DNA of 64,000 nucleotides from NCBI RefSeq assembly GCF_053078305.1, contig NZ_CP166879.1; one strand, 5' to 3'. Shown piece by piece: positions 8,538 to 20,005 of this stretch (position 1 is its first letter; each line of letters starts with the position of its first letter). The notes under the pieces were generated by a model. It saw only the letters and a program-made list of their open reading frames with translations, ran no database searches and was not told where the DNA came from. The position numbers and the translations under genes were made by a program.

Positions 8538-8717
8538 GCGATCCTACCTTCACTGGATAAAAAGTCAATAAAATGATCATTTTATGATCGTTTTCACCAC
8601 CTAACTCTTCGTTTTCTTTAAGTAAATAATCACCGCCCTGAATCATTGTTGATGACTTTTCAATCTATTTGTTGTATCAATTAAACAAATCGAATCGATC
8701 GTTTTTGTCGATCGATT
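8538..8717. promoter_or_regulatory. GATC-dense control region upstream of com/mom-like genes (candidate Dam-methylation-sensitive promoter region)
   Basis: Five GATC sites (8540, 8575, 8586, 8697, 8710) in about 175 bp, including inverted repeat AATCGATCG-N7-CGATCGATT. Confidence 0.4.
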
Positions 8718-8760
8718 GCATGAGAAAGGCATCAACAACAAAGCAGGAGGTTATGCGGCC

Positions 8761-8961
8761 ATGTATCGAAACATACGGTGCCGACACTGCAATAAGCTAC
8801 TGGCACGGGCCAGTTTCAGTTATCTGGAAGTAAAATGTCCGCGCTGTAAAACCCTCAATCAAATCACATCTCCGAGCGCCACAGAGCACCCCACATACAC
8901 AAGGAAATCCTGTCGTGGGGAACAGAAAGCAAGTCACATCCCGTATCATCAGCACGCCTGA
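8761..8961 (+). CDS. com: Com-like zinc-finger translational activator
   Basis: 66 aa from ATG 8761; [14 protein letters not shown]...EVKCPRCK resembles Mu Com as recalled; 3' end overlaps the next ORF as in Mu. Confidence 0.6.
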   Translation: MYRNIRCRHCNKLLARASFSYLEVKCPRCKTLNQITSPSATEHPTYTRKSCRGEQKASHIPYHQHA

Positions 8962-9652
8962 ACTTATTCGCTATAACGACAATATCGTTGGTTATGGTTC
9001 CCGTGAGTTGCGGGTTGAGACAATAAGTTGCTGGCTGGCCAGACTGGTTATCGTCAATAAACATTACAGCCACCGTTTCGTAAATAACTCCTACCTTCAT
9101 CTGGGCATATTTTCAGAACGGGAACTTGTTGGCGTAATGCAATGGGGTTACGCCCTTAACCCAAACAGTGGTGCACGCGTCGTAACGGGTACGCAGAACC
9201 GAGAATATATGGAGCTGAACCGGCTATGGATGCATGACTGTATGCCGAGAAACTCCGAATCAAGGGCAATCAGTTACGCGCTCAAGCTAATCAGGCAGCT
9301 TTATCCGCAGGTACAGTGGGTTCAGTCGTTTGCAGATGAGCGTTGTGGCTGTCTTGGTGTCGTGTATCAGGCAAGCAATTTTGATTATGTAGGCAGCCAT
9401 GAAACAATATTCTATGAACTTGATGGCGAGTGGTATCACGAGATTTGCAGGAATGCCATTAAACGAGGCGGACAACGAGGTGAACATCTGAGGGCTAATA
9501 TCGACAGAGCCAGTGTGCATAAGTTCCGACAGTTTCGTTACATCCGGTTTCTGAACAAGAGGGCCAGAAAACGCCTCAACACAAAGCTATTCAAAGTCCA
9601 GCCTTACCCAAAACCACAAACAGTTAAAACTGGTTTGAAAGAGAGTGAATGA
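8915..9652 (+). CDS. mom: Mom-like DNA modification protein (start codon uncertain, non-ATG)
   Basis: 245 aa ORF overlapping com by 47 nt, last gene before the prophage end; assignment mainly by context. Confidence 0.45.
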   Translation: MGNRKQVTSRIISTPELIRYNDNIVGYGSRELRVETISCWLARLVIVNKHYSHRFVNNSYLHLGIFSERELVGVMQWGYALNPNSGARVVTGTQNREYMELNRLWMHDCMPRNSESRAISYALKLIRQLYPQVQWVQSFADERCGCLGVVYQASNFDYVGSHETIFYELDGEWYHEICRNAIKRGGQRGEHLRANIDRASVHKFRQFRYIRFLNKRARKRLNTKLFKVQPYPKPQTVKTGLKESE

Positions 9653-9694
9653 GCGCTTAAAAACTCATTCTAAAACTCAAAAGAAAAGCGCCGA

Positions 9695-9761
9695 TTTAGT
9701 ATCAAATAAGTTGCGTATCGGCGTTTTTCAGCGGTATCAAATGAAATGCAAATCGGTATCA
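9695..9761. repeat. Putative prophage terminal repeats and right end
   Basis: GTATCAAA motif three times (9698, 9732, 9754), the last two 22 bp apart; second site contains GAAAAACGC as in Mu end sites; proposed end ...GGTATCA at 9761. Confidence 0.35.
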
Positions 9762-11030
9762 AAAAAATCGCCGCGCTATACCCACCAGACTCATTCCTGC
9801 CCAGCCTACAGGACTCAGGTTACCGTAAAGAATGACCGCCAATATTGCCAGTCCACCCCATTGCAAAAAAGTATCAGGCCGGTAAAACGAAGACTTTTTA
9901 CGCGGCAGATAAAATTTCTGCATCCGTAAAAATGCCCTGCGTAAGACTCTGTTGCGTCTCCCCGTAAGAACGACCTTATCGCCTTTACGAAATAACGCTT
10001 CCAGTAATAACTGCTCTGCGGGCAGTAATACCTCATTATTTCTGGTCGCGCCTTCATTAACACGAATCAGGATTTGCTGGTTCTTATCATACTGATCTTC
10101 CAGATGAATTTTTCCTTTCACAATCAGATTTACGATATCGGCACAAAACCCTTTATCGTCGTAAACCAGCTTCGCATCGAGACGTAACATGCCGGGCGTG
10201 TAATCTGGCGGAATGACATCGGTTTCAATCACATCTACCGGCGTAAATTGCGGCCTGCGCTTCCAGAGATATAACCATCCACAAACCAGGAATAGACACG
10301 GAAACCAAATTAACAACGATGACGTGGAGGGTAAAAGAAGATGGCTGAAAATATTCGTCGTTTGTGGAGCCGGGGCATTGCTAAGTAACGAGTGAGGCCA
10401 ACGGTAGAGGACCGTGAAATCTTCACGATAAAACGGATCGCTGGATTCAATTCTTCCGTCCTCAAGGATGCGGCCATTTCGATATGTGTCGCCCTCTTCT
10501 CCAGTAAAGAGATCGATTTCGCTAAATGGATTACCCGCGATATCAGGGAACTTGAGTGAAAATCGGGTCTTATAGATTTCAAACGGCCAGTGGTTACCAG
10601 TCACGTTCCAGATTAACAGATCTGAATCTCCCTCACGCAGGAAAGCATTTTTAACCTGATAATGAATTTGATAATGATAGTCGCCTTGGGGCAAGAAACG
10701 TTGTTTATCGCCCACGACAATACTCATTAACCCGATATGCCAGTCAAGATGCCAGGGTTCAGGAATACCATCACGGGTTACGCCAACAATATGATAGTTC
10801 AGCAGTGCTGCGTCCCCATCAGGCTGCATCCAGAGTCGTGGTAAATCACGATAAAATCCGTGCTTAATCTGCTGATTTCGCGCCTGAAAATGAATGTTCT
10901 CTTTGATGTCGAGCACCCCATCCGGTTGCAGAGTGGCTTCAGAAGGGATCTCCGTGTTTTCTGCATAACTTAGAGATGATACAAACAGCCCTGCTATCAA
11001 CAGCAAAATGCAGCGAAACTTCCCTGCCAT
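9762..11030 (-). pseudogene. yciQ: yciQ (DUF2207 membrane protein), 3'-truncated at the prophage junction
   Basis: 423 codons with signal peptide and TM segments; recalled E. coli YciQ is about 631 aa; stop codon supplied by the terminal TCA of the inserted DNA. Confidence 0.55.
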
Positions 11031-11057
11031 AGTCTTCCATCCGTGGAACGCAATTTG

Positions 11058-11678
11058 TTATAAGAAAGGCTTCACATCACCTACGCCTTCACGCACCACG
11101 ACCGGCGTATCATCGGTAAGATCAATAACCGTTGTTGGTTTCTGCCCGAGATAGCCGCCGTGAATGATCAAATCCACCTGTTTTTCCAGACGGTCTTTAA
11201 TTTCTTCCGGATCGGATTCGGTAAATTCGCTGCCTGGCAGCATTAGCGAAGTGGAAAGCATCGGTTCGCCCAGTGCTTCAAGCAACGCCTGCGCAATCGG
11301 GTTAGAAGGCACACGCATACCGATGGTTTTGCGTTTTTCCTGCAACAGACGGCGTGGCACCTCCTTCGTCCCCTTCAGGATGAAGGTATAGTTGCCCGGC
11401 GTGTTGTTTTTCATTAAACGAAACGCAACGTTATCGACAAATGAATAGGTCGAGAGTTCAGAAAGATCGCGACACATCAGGGTAAAGTTGTGACCGTCCG
11501 GCAGCTGGCGAATACGACAAATACGCTCCATCGCGTTTTTATCTTCAATTTTACAGCCGAGCGCATAGCCGGAATCGGTTGGATAAACAATCACCCCGCC
11601 TTTACGCACGATCTCCACCGCCTGGTTGATCAGACGTTGCTGCGGGTTATCAGGATGAATATAAAAAAACTGGCTCAT
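11058..11678 (-). CDS. yciO: L-threonylcarbamoyladenylate synthase-like protein YciO (YrdC/Sua5 family)
   Basis: 206 aa from MSQFFYIHPDNPQQRL; overlaps trpH stop. Confidence 0.9.
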   Translation of the reverse strand: MSQFFYIHPDNPQQRLINQAVEIVRKGGVIVYPTDSGYALGCKIEDKNAMERICRIRQLPDGHNFTLMCRDLSELSTYSFVDNVAFRLMKNNTPGNYTFILKGTKEVPRRLLQEKRKTIGMRVPSNPIAQALLEALGEPMLSTSLMLPGSEFTESDPEEIKDRLEKQVDLIIHGGYLGQKPTTVIDLTDDTPVVVREGVGDVKPFL

Positions 11679-12556
11679 AATTCCCTCTCTGTGGTGTTCT
11701 GCGGCTGTTCCCATAGCTGCCAGACGCCTTCAACGCCTGCGGGCAGCCAGAGTTTACGACCCAGTTCGATCCACGGGCATGGCTGATGAAAATCAGATCC
11801 TTGTGATGCCCATAAATGGTGCTGGCGGGCAAGCGTCGCCAGCTGGGTACGTTCATTGGGCGATTGCTGGCACTGCGCGACTTCCATCGCGTCGCCGTCG
11901 TGTTCGGCAAAATGCGCAACCAATCTTTTCAGCCATTTAGCACTAAGATTGTACCGCCCAGGATGAGCTAGCACCGCCTTACCGCCAGAATGATGAATGA
12001 CATCAATAGCTTGTTCTATTGTACACCACTGTGGCGGAACGTATCCGGTTTTCCCGCGCGCCAGATACTTTTTAAAGACATCCGCCATTGAACTGGCTTT
12101 GCCGCACTCAACAAGGAAACGCGCAAAATGACCGCGCGTCACTGCGCCGCCCTGCGCCAGTCGTTGTGCGCCTTCCAGCGCCCCAGGTATTTGCGCTTTT
12201 TCAAGTCTTTCGGCAATTTGCTGCGCCCGCTGATTGCGCCGTTCTGTCTGCTGCGCGAGGAACTCACACATTAGCGGATGAGTAATATCAATATTCAGCC
12301 CGACAATATGAATTTCATGATTTTCCCAGACCGTGGAAATTTCCACGCCGGGAATAAGATTCAGCGCCAGTCCCGAACGTGAAATTTCCTCTCTTGCTGG
12401 CGCGATTGCAGCTGTGGTGTCATGGTCGGTGATCGCCAAGGTGCCGACGCGCATCTCGACTGCACGGTGCACCAATGCTTCTGGCGTCAGGCAGCCATCG
12501 GAAGCTGTGGTATGGCTGTGCAGGTCGTAAATCACTGCGTAATTCGTGTCGCTCAA
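11675..12556 (-). CDS. trpH: PHP-domain phosphoesterase TrpH (YciV)
   Basis: 293 aa, MSDTNYAVIYDLHSHTTASDG N-terminus; divergent from trp promoter. Confidence 0.9.
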   Translation of the reverse strand: MSDTNYAVIYDLHSHTTASDGCLTPEALVHRAVEMRVGTLAITDHDTTAAIAPAREEISRSGLALNLIPGVEISTVWENHEIHIVGLNIDITHPLMCEFLAQQTERRNQRAQQIAERLEKAQIPGALEGAQRLAQGGAVTRGHFARFLVECGKASSMADVFKKYLARGKTGYVPPQWCTIEQAIDVIHHSGGKAVLAHPGRYNLSAKWLKRLVAHFAEHDGDAMEVAQCQQSPNERTQLATLARQHHLWASQGSDFHQPCPWIELGRKLWLPAGVEGVWQLWEQPQNTTEREL

Positions 12557-12631
12557 GGCGCACTCCCGTTCTGGATAATGTTTTTTGCGCCGACATCATA
12601 ACGGTTCTGGCAAATATTCTGAAATGAGCTG

Positions 12632-12666
12632 TTGACAATTAATCATCGAACTAGTTAACTAGTACG
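12632..12666 (+). promoter_or_regulatory. trp promoter with TrpR operator
   Basis: TTGACA -35 at 12632, TTAACT -10 at 12655, operator palindrome CGAACTAGTTAACTAGTACG 12647..12666. Confidence 0.9.
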
Positions 12667-12693
12667 CAAGTTCACGTAAAAAGGGTATCGACA

Positions 12694-12738
12694 ATGAAAG
12701 CAATTTTCGTACTGAAAGGTTGGTGGCGCACTTCCTGA
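12694..12738 (+). CDS. trpL: trp leader peptide (14 aa, tandem Trp codons)
   Basis: ATG AAA GCA ATT TTC GTA CTG AAA GGT TGG TGG CGC ACT TCC TGA. Confidence 0.95.
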
Positions 12739-12779
12739 AACGGGCAGTGTATTCACCATGCGTAAAGCAATCAGATACC

Positions 12780-12808
12780 CAGCCCGCCTAATGAGCGGGC
12801 TTTTTTTT
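12780..12808 (+). terminator. trp attenuator (3:4 terminator hairpin plus U-run)
   Basis: CAGCCCGCCTAATGAGCGGGCTTTTTTTT. Confidence 0.9.
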
Positions 12809-12829
12809 GAACAAAATTAGAGAATAACA

Positions 12830-14392
12830 ATGCAAACACAAAAACCGACTCTCGAACTGCTAACCTGCGAAGGCGCTTATCGCGACAATCCCACCGCGCT
12901 TTTTCACCAATTGTGTGGGGATCGTCCGGCAACGCTGCTGCTGGAATCCGCAGATATCGACAGCAAAGATGATTTAAAAAGCCTGCTGCTGGTAGACAGT
13001 GCGCTGCGCATTACAGCTTTAGGTGACACTGTCACAATCCAGTCCCTTTCCGGCAACGGCGAAGCCCTGCTGACACTACTGGATAACGCCCTGCCTGCGG
13101 GTGTGGAAAATGAACAATTACCAAACTGCCGTGTGCTGCGCTTCCCCCCTGTTAGTCCACTGCTGGATGAAGACGCTCGCTTATGCTCCCTTTCGGTTTT
13201 TGACGCTTTCCGCTTATTGCAGAATCTGTTGAATGTACCGAAGGAAGAACGAGAAGCCATGTTTTTCGGCGGCCTGTTCTCTTATGACCTTGTGGCGGGG
13301 TTTGAAGATTTACCGCAACTGTCAGCGGAAAATAACTGCCCTGATTTCTGTTTTTATCTCGCTGAAACTCTGATGGTGATTGACCATCAGAAAAAAAGCA
13401 CCCGCATTCAGGCCAGCCTGTTTGCTCCGAATGAAGAAGAAAAACAACGTCTCACTGCTCGCCTGAACGATCTTCGCCAGCAACTGACCGAAGCCGCGCC
13501 GCCGCTGCCGGTGGTTTCCGTGCCGCATATGCGTTGTGAATGTAATCAAAGTGATGACGAGTTCGGTGGCGTAGTGCGTTTGTTGCAAAAAGCGATTCGC
13601 GCCGGAGAAATTTTCCAGGTCGTGCCATCTCGCCGTTTCTCGCTGCCCTGCCCGTCACCGCTGGCGGCCTATTACGTGCTGAAAAAGAGTAATCCCAGCC
13701 CGTACATGTTTTTTATGCAGGATAATGATTTCACCCTGTTTGGCGCGTCGCCGGAAAGTTCGCTCAAGTATGACGCCACCAGCCGCCAGATTGAGATCTA
13801 CCCGATTGCCGGAACACGTCCACGCGGTCGTCGTGCCGATGGTTCACTGGACAGAGACCTCGACAGCCGCATCGAACTGGAAATGCGTACCGATCATAAA
13901 GAGCTTTCTGAACATCTGATGCTGGTGGATCTCGCCCGTAATGATCTGGCACGCATTTGCACCCCCGGCAGCCGCTACGTCGCCGATCTTACCAAAGTTG
14001 ACCGTTACTCTTACGTGATGCACCTGGTCTCCCGCGTGGTCGGTGAGCTGCGCCACGATCTCGACGCCCTACACGCTTACCGCGCCTGTATGAATATGGG
14101 TACGTTAAGCGGTGCGCCGAAAGCACGCGCTATGCAGTTAATTGCCGAGGCTGAAGGTCGTCGCCGCGGCAGCTACGGCGGCGCGGTAGGTTATTTCACC
14201 GCGCATGGCGATCTCGACACCTGCATTGTGATCCGCTCGGCGCTGGTGGAAAACGGTATCGCCACCGTGCAAGCCGGTGCTGGCGTAGTCCTTGATTCTG
14301 TTCCGCAGTCGGAAGCCGACGAAACCCGTAATAAAGCCCGCGCTGTACTGCGCGCTATTGCCACCGCGCATCATGCACAGGAGACTTTCTGA
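12830..14392 (+). CDS. trpE: Anthranilate synthase component I
   Basis: 520 aa, canonical TrpE; start 22 nt after attenuator. Confidence 0.97.
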   Translation: MQTQKPTLELLTCEGAYRDNPTALFHQLCGDRPATLLLESADIDSKDDLKSLLLVDSALRITALGDTVTIQSLSGNGEALLTLLDNALPAGVENEQLPNCRVLRFPPVSPLLDEDARLCSLSVFDAFRLLQNLLNVPKEEREAMFFGGLFSYDLVAGFEDLPQLSAENNCPDFCFYLAETLMVIDHQKKSTRIQASLFAPNEEEKQRLTARLNDLRQQLTEAAPPLPVVSVPHMRCECNQSDDEFGGVVRLLQKAIRAGEIFQVVPSRRFSLPCPSPLAAYYVLKKSNPSPYMFFMQDNDFTLFGASPESSLKYDATSRQIEIYPIAGTRPRGRRADGSLDRDLDSRIELEMRTDHKELSEHLMLVDLARNDLARICTPGSRYVADLTKVDRYSYVMHLVSRVVGELRHDLDALHAYRACMNMGTLSGAPKARAMQLIAEAEGRRRGSYGGAVGYFTAHGDLDTCIVIRSALVENGIATVQAGAGVVLDSVPQSEADETRNKARAVLRAIATAHHAQETF

Positions 14393-15987
14393 TGGCTGAC
14401 ATTCTGCTGCTCGATAATATCGACTCTTTTACGTACAACCTGGCAGATCAGTTGCGCAGCAATGGGCATAACGTGGTGATTTACCGCAACCATATTCCGG
14501 CGCAAACCTTAATTGAACGCCTGGCGACGATGAGCAATCCGGTGCTGATGCTTTCTCCGGGGCCAGGTGTGCCGAGTGAAGCCGGTTGTATGCCAGAACT
14601 CCTCACCCGCTTGCGCGGTAAGCTGCCGATTATTGGCATTTGCCTCGGTCATCAGGCGATTGTCGAAGCCTACGGGGGGTATGTCGGTCAGGCGGGCGAA
14701 ATTCTTCACGGTAAAGCCTCCAGCATTGAACATGACGGTCAGGCGATGTTTGCCGGATTAACAAACCCATTGCCGGTGGCGCGTTATCACTCGCTGGTTG
14801 GCAGTAATATTCCGGCCGGTTTAACCATCAACGCCCATTTTAATGGCATGGTGATGGCGGTGCGTCACGATGCAGATCGCGTTTGCGGATTCCAGTTCCA
14901 CCCGGAATCCATTCTCACCACCCAGGGCGCTCGCCTGCTGGAACAAACGCTGGCCTGGGCGCAGCAGAAACTAGAGCCAACCAACACGCTGCAACCGATT
15001 CTGGAAAAACTGTATCAGGCGCAGACCCTTAGCCAGCAGGAAAGTCATCAGCTATTTTCAGCGGTGGTACGTGGCGAACTGAAACCGGAACAACTGGCGG
15101 CGGCGCTGGTGAGCATGAAAATTCGCGGCGAGCACCCGAACGAGATCGCCGGAGCAGCAACCGCGCTACTGGAAAACGCAGCGCCGTTCCCGCGCCCGGA
15201 TTATCTGTTTGCTGATATCGTCGGTACTGGCGGTGACGGCAGCAACAGTATCAATATTTCTACCGCCAGTGCGTTTGTCGCCGCGGCCTGTGGGCTGAAA
15301 GTGGCGAAACACGGCAACCGTAGCGTCTCCAGTAAATCTGGTTCGTCCGATCTGCTGGCGGCGTTCGGTATTAATCTTGATATGAACGCCGATAAATCGC
15401 GCCAGGCGCTGGATGAGTTAGGCGTATGTTTCCTCTTTGCGCCGAAATATCACACCGGATTCCGCCACGCGATGCCGGTTCGCCAGCAACTGAAAACCCG
15501 CACCCTGTTCAATGTGCTGGGGCCATTGATTAACCCGGCGCATCCGCCGCTGGCGTTAATTGGTGTTTATAGTCCGGAACTGGTGCTGCCGATTGCCGAA
15601 ACCTTGCGCGTGCTGGGGTATCAACGCGCGGCGGTGGTGCACAGCGGCGGGATGGATGAAGTTTCATTACACGCGCCGACAATCGTTGCCGAGCTGCACG
15701 ATGGCGAAATTAAGAGCTATCAGCTGACCGCAGAAGACTTTGGCCTGACACCCTACCACCAGGAGCAACTGGCAGGCGGAACACCGGAAGAAAACCGTGA
15801 CATTTTAACACGCTTGTTACAAGGTAAAGGCGACGCCGCCCATGAAGCAGCCGTCGCGGCGAACGTCGCCATGTTAATGCGCTTGCATGGCCATGAAGAT
15901 CTGCAAGCCAATGCGCAAACCGTTCTTGAGGTACTGCGCAGTGGTTCCGCTTACGACAGAGTCACCGCACTGGCGGCTCGAGGGTAA
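14392..15987 (+). CDS. trpD: Anthranilate synthase component II / anthranilate phosphoribosyltransferase (bifunctional)
   Basis: 531 aa; start overlaps trpE stop (TGATG). Confidence 0.97.
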   Translation: MADILLLDNIDSFTYNLADQLRSNGHNVVIYRNHIPAQTLIERLATMSNPVLMLSPGPGVPSEAGCMPELLTRLRGKLPIIGICLGHQAIVEAYGGYVGQAGEILHGKASSIEHDGQAMFAGLTNPLPVARYHSLVGSNIPAGLTINAHFNGMVMAVRHDADRVCGFQFHPESILTTQGARLLEQTLAWAQQKLEPTNTLQPILEKLYQAQTLSQQESHQLFSAVVRGELKPEQLAAALVSMKIRGEHPNEIAGAATALLENAAPFPRPDYLFADIVGTGGDGSNSINISTASAFVAAACGLKVAKHGNRSVSSKSGSSDLLAAFGINLDMNADKSRQALDELGVCFLFAPKYHTGFRHAMPVRQQLKTRTLFNVLGPLINPAHPPLALIGVYSPELVLPIAETLRVLGYQRAAVVHSGGMDEVSLHAPTIVAELHDGEIKSYQLTAEDFGLTPYHQEQLAGGTPEENRDILTRLLQGKGDAAHEAAVAANVAMLMRLHGHEDLQANAQTVLEVLRSGSAYDRVTALAARG

Positions 15988-17349
15988 ATGATGCAAACCG
16001 TTTTAGCGAAAATCGTCGCAGACAAGGCGATTTGGGTAGAAGCCCGCAAACAGCAGCAACCGCTGGCCAGTTTTCAGAATGAGGTTCAGCCGAGCACGCG
16101 ACATTTTTATGATGCGCTACAGGGTGCACGCACGGCGTTTATTCTGGAGTGCAAGAAAGCGTCGCCGTCAAAAGGCGTGATCCGTGATGATTTCGATCCG
16201 GCACGCATTGCAACCGTCTACAGAAATTACGCTTCGGCAATTTCGGTGCTGACTGACGAGAAATATTTCCAGGGAAGCTTTGATTTTCTCCCCATCGTCA
16301 GCCAAATCGCGCCACAGCCGATTTTGTGTAAAGACTTCATTATCGACCCTTACCAGATCTATCTGGCGCGCTATTACCAGGCTGATGCCTGTTTATTAAT
16401 GCTTTCAGTACTGGATGACGAACAATATCGCCAGCTTGCCGCCGTCGCCCACAGTCTGGAGATGGGTGTGCTGACCGAAGTCAGTAATGAAGAGGAACTG
16501 GAGCGCGCCATTGCATTAGGGGCAAAGGTCGTTGGCATCAACAACCGCGATCTGCGTGATTTGTCGATTGATCTCAACCGTACCCGCGAGCTTGCGCCGA
16601 AACTGGGGCACAACGTGACGGTAATCAGCGAATCCGGAATCAATACTTACGCTCAGGTGCGCGAGTTAAGCCACTTCGCTAACGGTTTTCTGATTGGTTC
16701 GGCGTTGATGGCCCATGACGATTTGCACGCCGCCGTGCGCCGGGTATTGCTGGGTGAGAATAAAGTATGTGGCCTGACGCGTGGGCAAGATGCTAAAGCA
16801 GCGTATGACGCGGGCGCGATTTACGGTGGGTTGATTTTTGTTGCGACATCACCGCGTTGCGTCAACGTTGAACAGGCGCAGGAAGTGATGGCTGCGGCAC
16901 CGTTGCAGTATGTTGGCGTGTTCCGCAATCACGATATTGCCGAGGTGGTGGACAAAGCTAAGGTGTTATCGCTGGCGGCAGTGCAACTGCATGGTAATGA
17001 AGATCAGCTGTATATCGATACGCTGCGTGAAGCTCTGCCAGCACACGTTGCCATCTGGAAAGCATTAAGCGTCGGTGAAACCCTGCCCGCCCGCGAGCTT
17101 CAGCACGTTGATAAATATGTTTTAGACAACGGCCAGGGTGGAAGCGGGCAACGTTTCGACTGGTCACTATTAAATGGTCAATCGCTTGGCAACGTTCTGC
17201 TGGCGGGGGGCTTAGGCGCAGATAACTGCGTGGAAGCGGCACAAACCGGCTGCGCCGGACTTGATTTTAATTCTGCTGTAGAGTCGCAACCGGGCATCAA
17301 AGACGCACGTCTTTTGGCCTCGGTTTTCCAGACGCTGCGCGCATATTAA
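15988..17349 (+). CDS. trpC: Indole-3-glycerol-phosphate synthase / phosphoribosylanthranilate isomerase (bifunctional)
   Basis: 453 aa. Confidence 0.97.
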   Translation: MMQTVLAKIVADKAIWVEARKQQQPLASFQNEVQPSTRHFYDALQGARTAFILECKKASPSKGVIRDDFDPARIATVYRNYASAISVLTDEKYFQGSFDFLPIVSQIAPQPILCKDFIIDPYQIYLARYYQADACLLMLSVLDDEQYRQLAAVAHSLEMGVLTEVSNEEELERAIALGAKVVGINNRDLRDLSIDLNRTRELAPKLGHNVTVISESGINTYAQVRELSHFANGFLIGSALMAHDDLHAAVRRVLLGENKVCGLTRGQDAKAAYDAGAIYGGLIFVATSPRCVNVEQAQEVMAAAPLQYVGVFRNHDIAEVVDKAKVLSLAAVQLHGNEDQLYIDTLREALPAHVAIWKALSVGETLPARELQHVDKYVLDNGQGGSGQRFDWSLLNGQSLGNVLLAGGLGADNCVEAAQTGCAGLDFNSAVESQPGIKDARLLASVFQTLRAY

Positions 17350-17360
17350 GGAAAGGAACA

Positions 17361-18554
17361 ATGACAACATTACTTAACCCCTATTTTGGTGAGTTTGGCG
17401 GCATGTACGTGCCACAAATCCTGATGCCTGCTCTGCGCCAGCTGGAAGAAGCTTTTGTCAGCGCGCAAAAAGATCCTGAATTTCAAGCCCAGTTCAACGA
17501 CCTACTGAAAAACTATGCCGGGCGTCCAACCGCACTGACCAAATGCCAGAACATTACGGCTGGGACGAAAACCACGCTGTATCTGAAGCGCGAAGATTTG
17601 CTGCACGGCGGCGCGCATAAAACTAACCAGGTGCTCGGTCAGGCTTTACTGGCGAAGCGGATGGGTAAAACCGAAATCATCGCCGAAACCGGGGCCGGTC
17701 AGCATGGCGTGGCGTCGGCCCTTGCCAGCGCCCTGCTCGGCCTGAAATGCCGTATTTATATGGGGGCCAAAGACGTTGAACGCCAGTCGCCTAACGTTTT
17801 TCGTATGCGTTTAATGGGTGCGGAAGTGATCCCGGTGCATAGCGGTTCCGCGACGCTGAAAGATGCCTGTAACGAGGCGCTGCGCGACTGGTCCGGCAGT
17901 TATGAAACCGCGCACTATATGCTGGGCACCGCAGCTGGCCCACATCCTTATCCGACCATTGTCCGTGAGTTTCAGCGGATGATTGGCGAAGAAACCAAAG
18001 CACAGATTCTGGAAAGAGAAGGTCGCCTGCCGGATGCCGTTATCGCCTGTGTTGGCGGCGGTTCGAATGCCATCGGCATGTTTGCAGATTTCATCAACGA
18101 AACCGACGTCGGCCTGATTGGTGTGGAGCCTGGCGGTCACGGTATCGAAACTGGCGAGCACGGCGCACCGCTAAAACATGGTCGCGTGGGCATTTATTTC
18201 GGTATGAAAGCGCCAATGATGCAAACCGAAGACGGGCAGATTGAAGAATCTTACTCCATCTCCGCCGGGCTGGATTTCCCGTCCGTCGGCCCGCAACACG
18301 CGTATCTTAACAGCACTGGACGCGCTGATTACGTGTCAATTACCGATGATGAAGCCCTTGAAGCCTTCAAAACGCTCTGCCTGCACGAAGGGATCATCCC
18401 GGCGCTGGAATCCTCCCACGCCCTGGCCCATGCGCTGAAAATGATGCGCGAAAACCCGGAAAAAGAGCAGCTACTGGTGGTTAACCTTTCCGGTCGCGGC
18501 GATAAAGACATCTTCACCGTTCACGATATTTTGAAAGCACGAGGGGAAATCTGA
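17361..18554 (+). CDS. trpB: Tryptophan synthase beta chain
   Basis: 397 aa, PLP-enzyme motifs. Confidence 0.97.
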   Translation: MTTLLNPYFGEFGGMYVPQILMPALRQLEEAFVSAQKDPEFQAQFNDLLKNYAGRPTALTKCQNITAGTKTTLYLKREDLLHGGAHKTNQVLGQALLAKRMGKTEIIAETGAGQHGVASALASALLGLKCRIYMGAKDVERQSPNVFRMRLMGAEVIPVHSGSATLKDACNEALRDWSGSYETAHYMLGTAAGPHPYPTIVREFQRMIGEETKAQILEREGRLPDAVIACVGGGSNAIGMFADFINETDVGLIGVEPGGHGIETGEHGAPLKHGRVGIYFGMKAPMMQTEDGQIEESYSISAGLDFPSVGPQHAYLNSTGRADYVSITDDEALEAFKTLCLHEGIIPALESSHALAHALKMMRENPEKEQLLVVNLSGRGDKDIFTVHDILKARGEI

Positions 18555-19360
18555 TGGAACGCTACGAATCTCTGTTTGCCCAGTTGAAGGAGCGCAAAGA
18601 AGGCGCATTCGTTCCTTTCGTCACGCTCGGGGATCCGGGCATTGAGCAGTCCTTGAAAATTATCGATACGCTAATTGAAGCCGGTGCTGACGCGCTGGAG
18701 TTAGGTATCCCCTTCTCCGACCCACTGGCGGATGGCCCGACCATTCAAAACGCCACTCTGCGCGCCTTTGCGGCAGGTGTGACTCCGGCACAATGTTTTG
18801 AAATGCTGGCACTGATTCGCCAGAAACACCCGACCATTCCCATTGGCCTGTTGATGTATGCCAATCTGGTGTTTAACAAAGGCATTGATGAGTTTTATGC
18901 CCAGTGCGAGAAAGTCGGCGTCGATTCGGTGCTGGTTGCCGATGTGCCAGTTGAAGAGTCCGCGCCCTTCCGCCAGGCCGCGTTGCGTCATAATGTCGCA
19001 CCTATCTTCATCTGCCCGCCAAATGCCGATGACGACCTGCTGCGCCAGATAGCCTCTTACGGTCGTGGTTACACCTATTTGCTGTCACGAGCGGGCGTGA
19101 CCGGCGCAGAAAACCGCGCCGCGTTACCACTCAATCATCTGGTTGCGAAGCTGAAAGAGTACAACGCTGCACCTCCATTGCAGGGATTTGGTATTTCCGC
19201 CCCGGATCAGGTAAAAGCAGCGATTGATGCAGGAGCTGCGGGCGCGATTTCTGGTTCGGCCATTGTTAAAATCATCGAGCAACATATTAATGAGCCAGAG
19301 AAAATGCTGGCGGCACTGAAAGCTTTTGTACAACCGATGAAAGCGGCGACGCGCAGTTAA
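18554..19360 (+). CDS. trpA: Tryptophan synthase alpha chain
   Basis: 268 aa; start overlaps trpB stop. Confidence 0.97.
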   Translation: MERYESLFAQLKERKEGAFVPFVTLGDPGIEQSLKIIDTLIEAGADALELGIPFSDPLADGPTIQNATLRAFAAGVTPAQCFEMLALIRQKHPTIPIGLLMYANLVFNKGIDEFYAQCEKVGVDSVLVADVPVEESAPFRQAALRHNVAPIFICPPNADDDLLRQIASYGRGYTYLLSRAGVTGAENRAALPLNHLVAKLKEYNAAPPLQGFGISAPDQVKAAIDAGAAGAISGSAIVKIIEQHINEPEKMLAALKAFVQPMKAATRS

Positions 19361-19367
19361 TCCCACA

Positions 19368-19394
19368 GCCGCCAGTTCCGCTGGCGGCATTTTA
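19368..19394 (+). terminator. trp operon terminator (trp t)
   Basis: AGCCGCCAG-TTCC-GCTGGCGGC followed by ATTTT. Confidence 0.7.
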
Positions 19395-19740
19395 ACTTTC
19401 TTTAACGAAGCCGGAAAAATCCTAAATTCATTTAATATTTATCTTTTTACCGTTTCGCTTACCCCTGTCAAACGTCAACTTACGTCATTTTTCCGCCCAA
19501 CAGTAATATAATCAAACAAATTAATCCCGCAACATAACACCAGTAAAATCAATAATTTTCTCTAAGTCACTTATTTCTCAGGCAATTGTTAATATATCAA
19601 GAACGTTCCTCATAATATATTTTCCCACTTTATTCTCGTTACGCTTAATTTGACTAATTCTCATTGGCGACTAATTTTAATGAGTGTCGACACACAACAC
19701 TCATATTAATGAAACAATGCAACGCAACGGGAGAAATAAC

Positions 19741-19920
19741 ATGGCCGAACATCGTGGTGGTTCAGGAAATTTCGCCGAAGACCGTGAGAAGGCATCCGAC
19801 GCAGGCCGTAAAGGCGGTCAGCATAGCGGCGGTAATTTTAAAAATGATCCGCAACGCGCATCTGAAGCGGGTAAAAAAGGCGGTCAACAAAACGGTGGTA
19901 ATAAATCAGGTAAATCCTGA
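19741..19920 (+). CDS. yciG: KGG-repeat stress protein YciG
   Basis: 59 aa, MAEHRGGSGNFAEDREKASDAGRKGG... Confidence 0.8.
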   Translation: MAEHRGGSGNFAEDREKASDAGRKGGQHSGGNFKNDPQRASEAGKKGGQQNGGNKSGKS

Positions 19921-20005
19921 TTCACCGTTAATTATTAATATCAGCTGATAAAGATAATTGCATCTGCGGGCCATATGGCTCGCAGTGATTCCACTGGAGA
20001 AAAAT

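Larger units (their letters stand above)
1..9761. mobile_element. Right arm of a Mu-like prophage (left part outside window)
   Basis: Gene order baseplate V/gp46/J/gp48-like, tail fibre, invertible segment, Gin/Pin invertase, cargo, com-mom, terminal repeats, then chromosomal yciQ; matches the right end of phage Mu. Confidence 0.6.

Noticed and set aside
12904-13260. 118-aa minus-strand ORF
   Set aside because: Antisense to trpE coding sequence.
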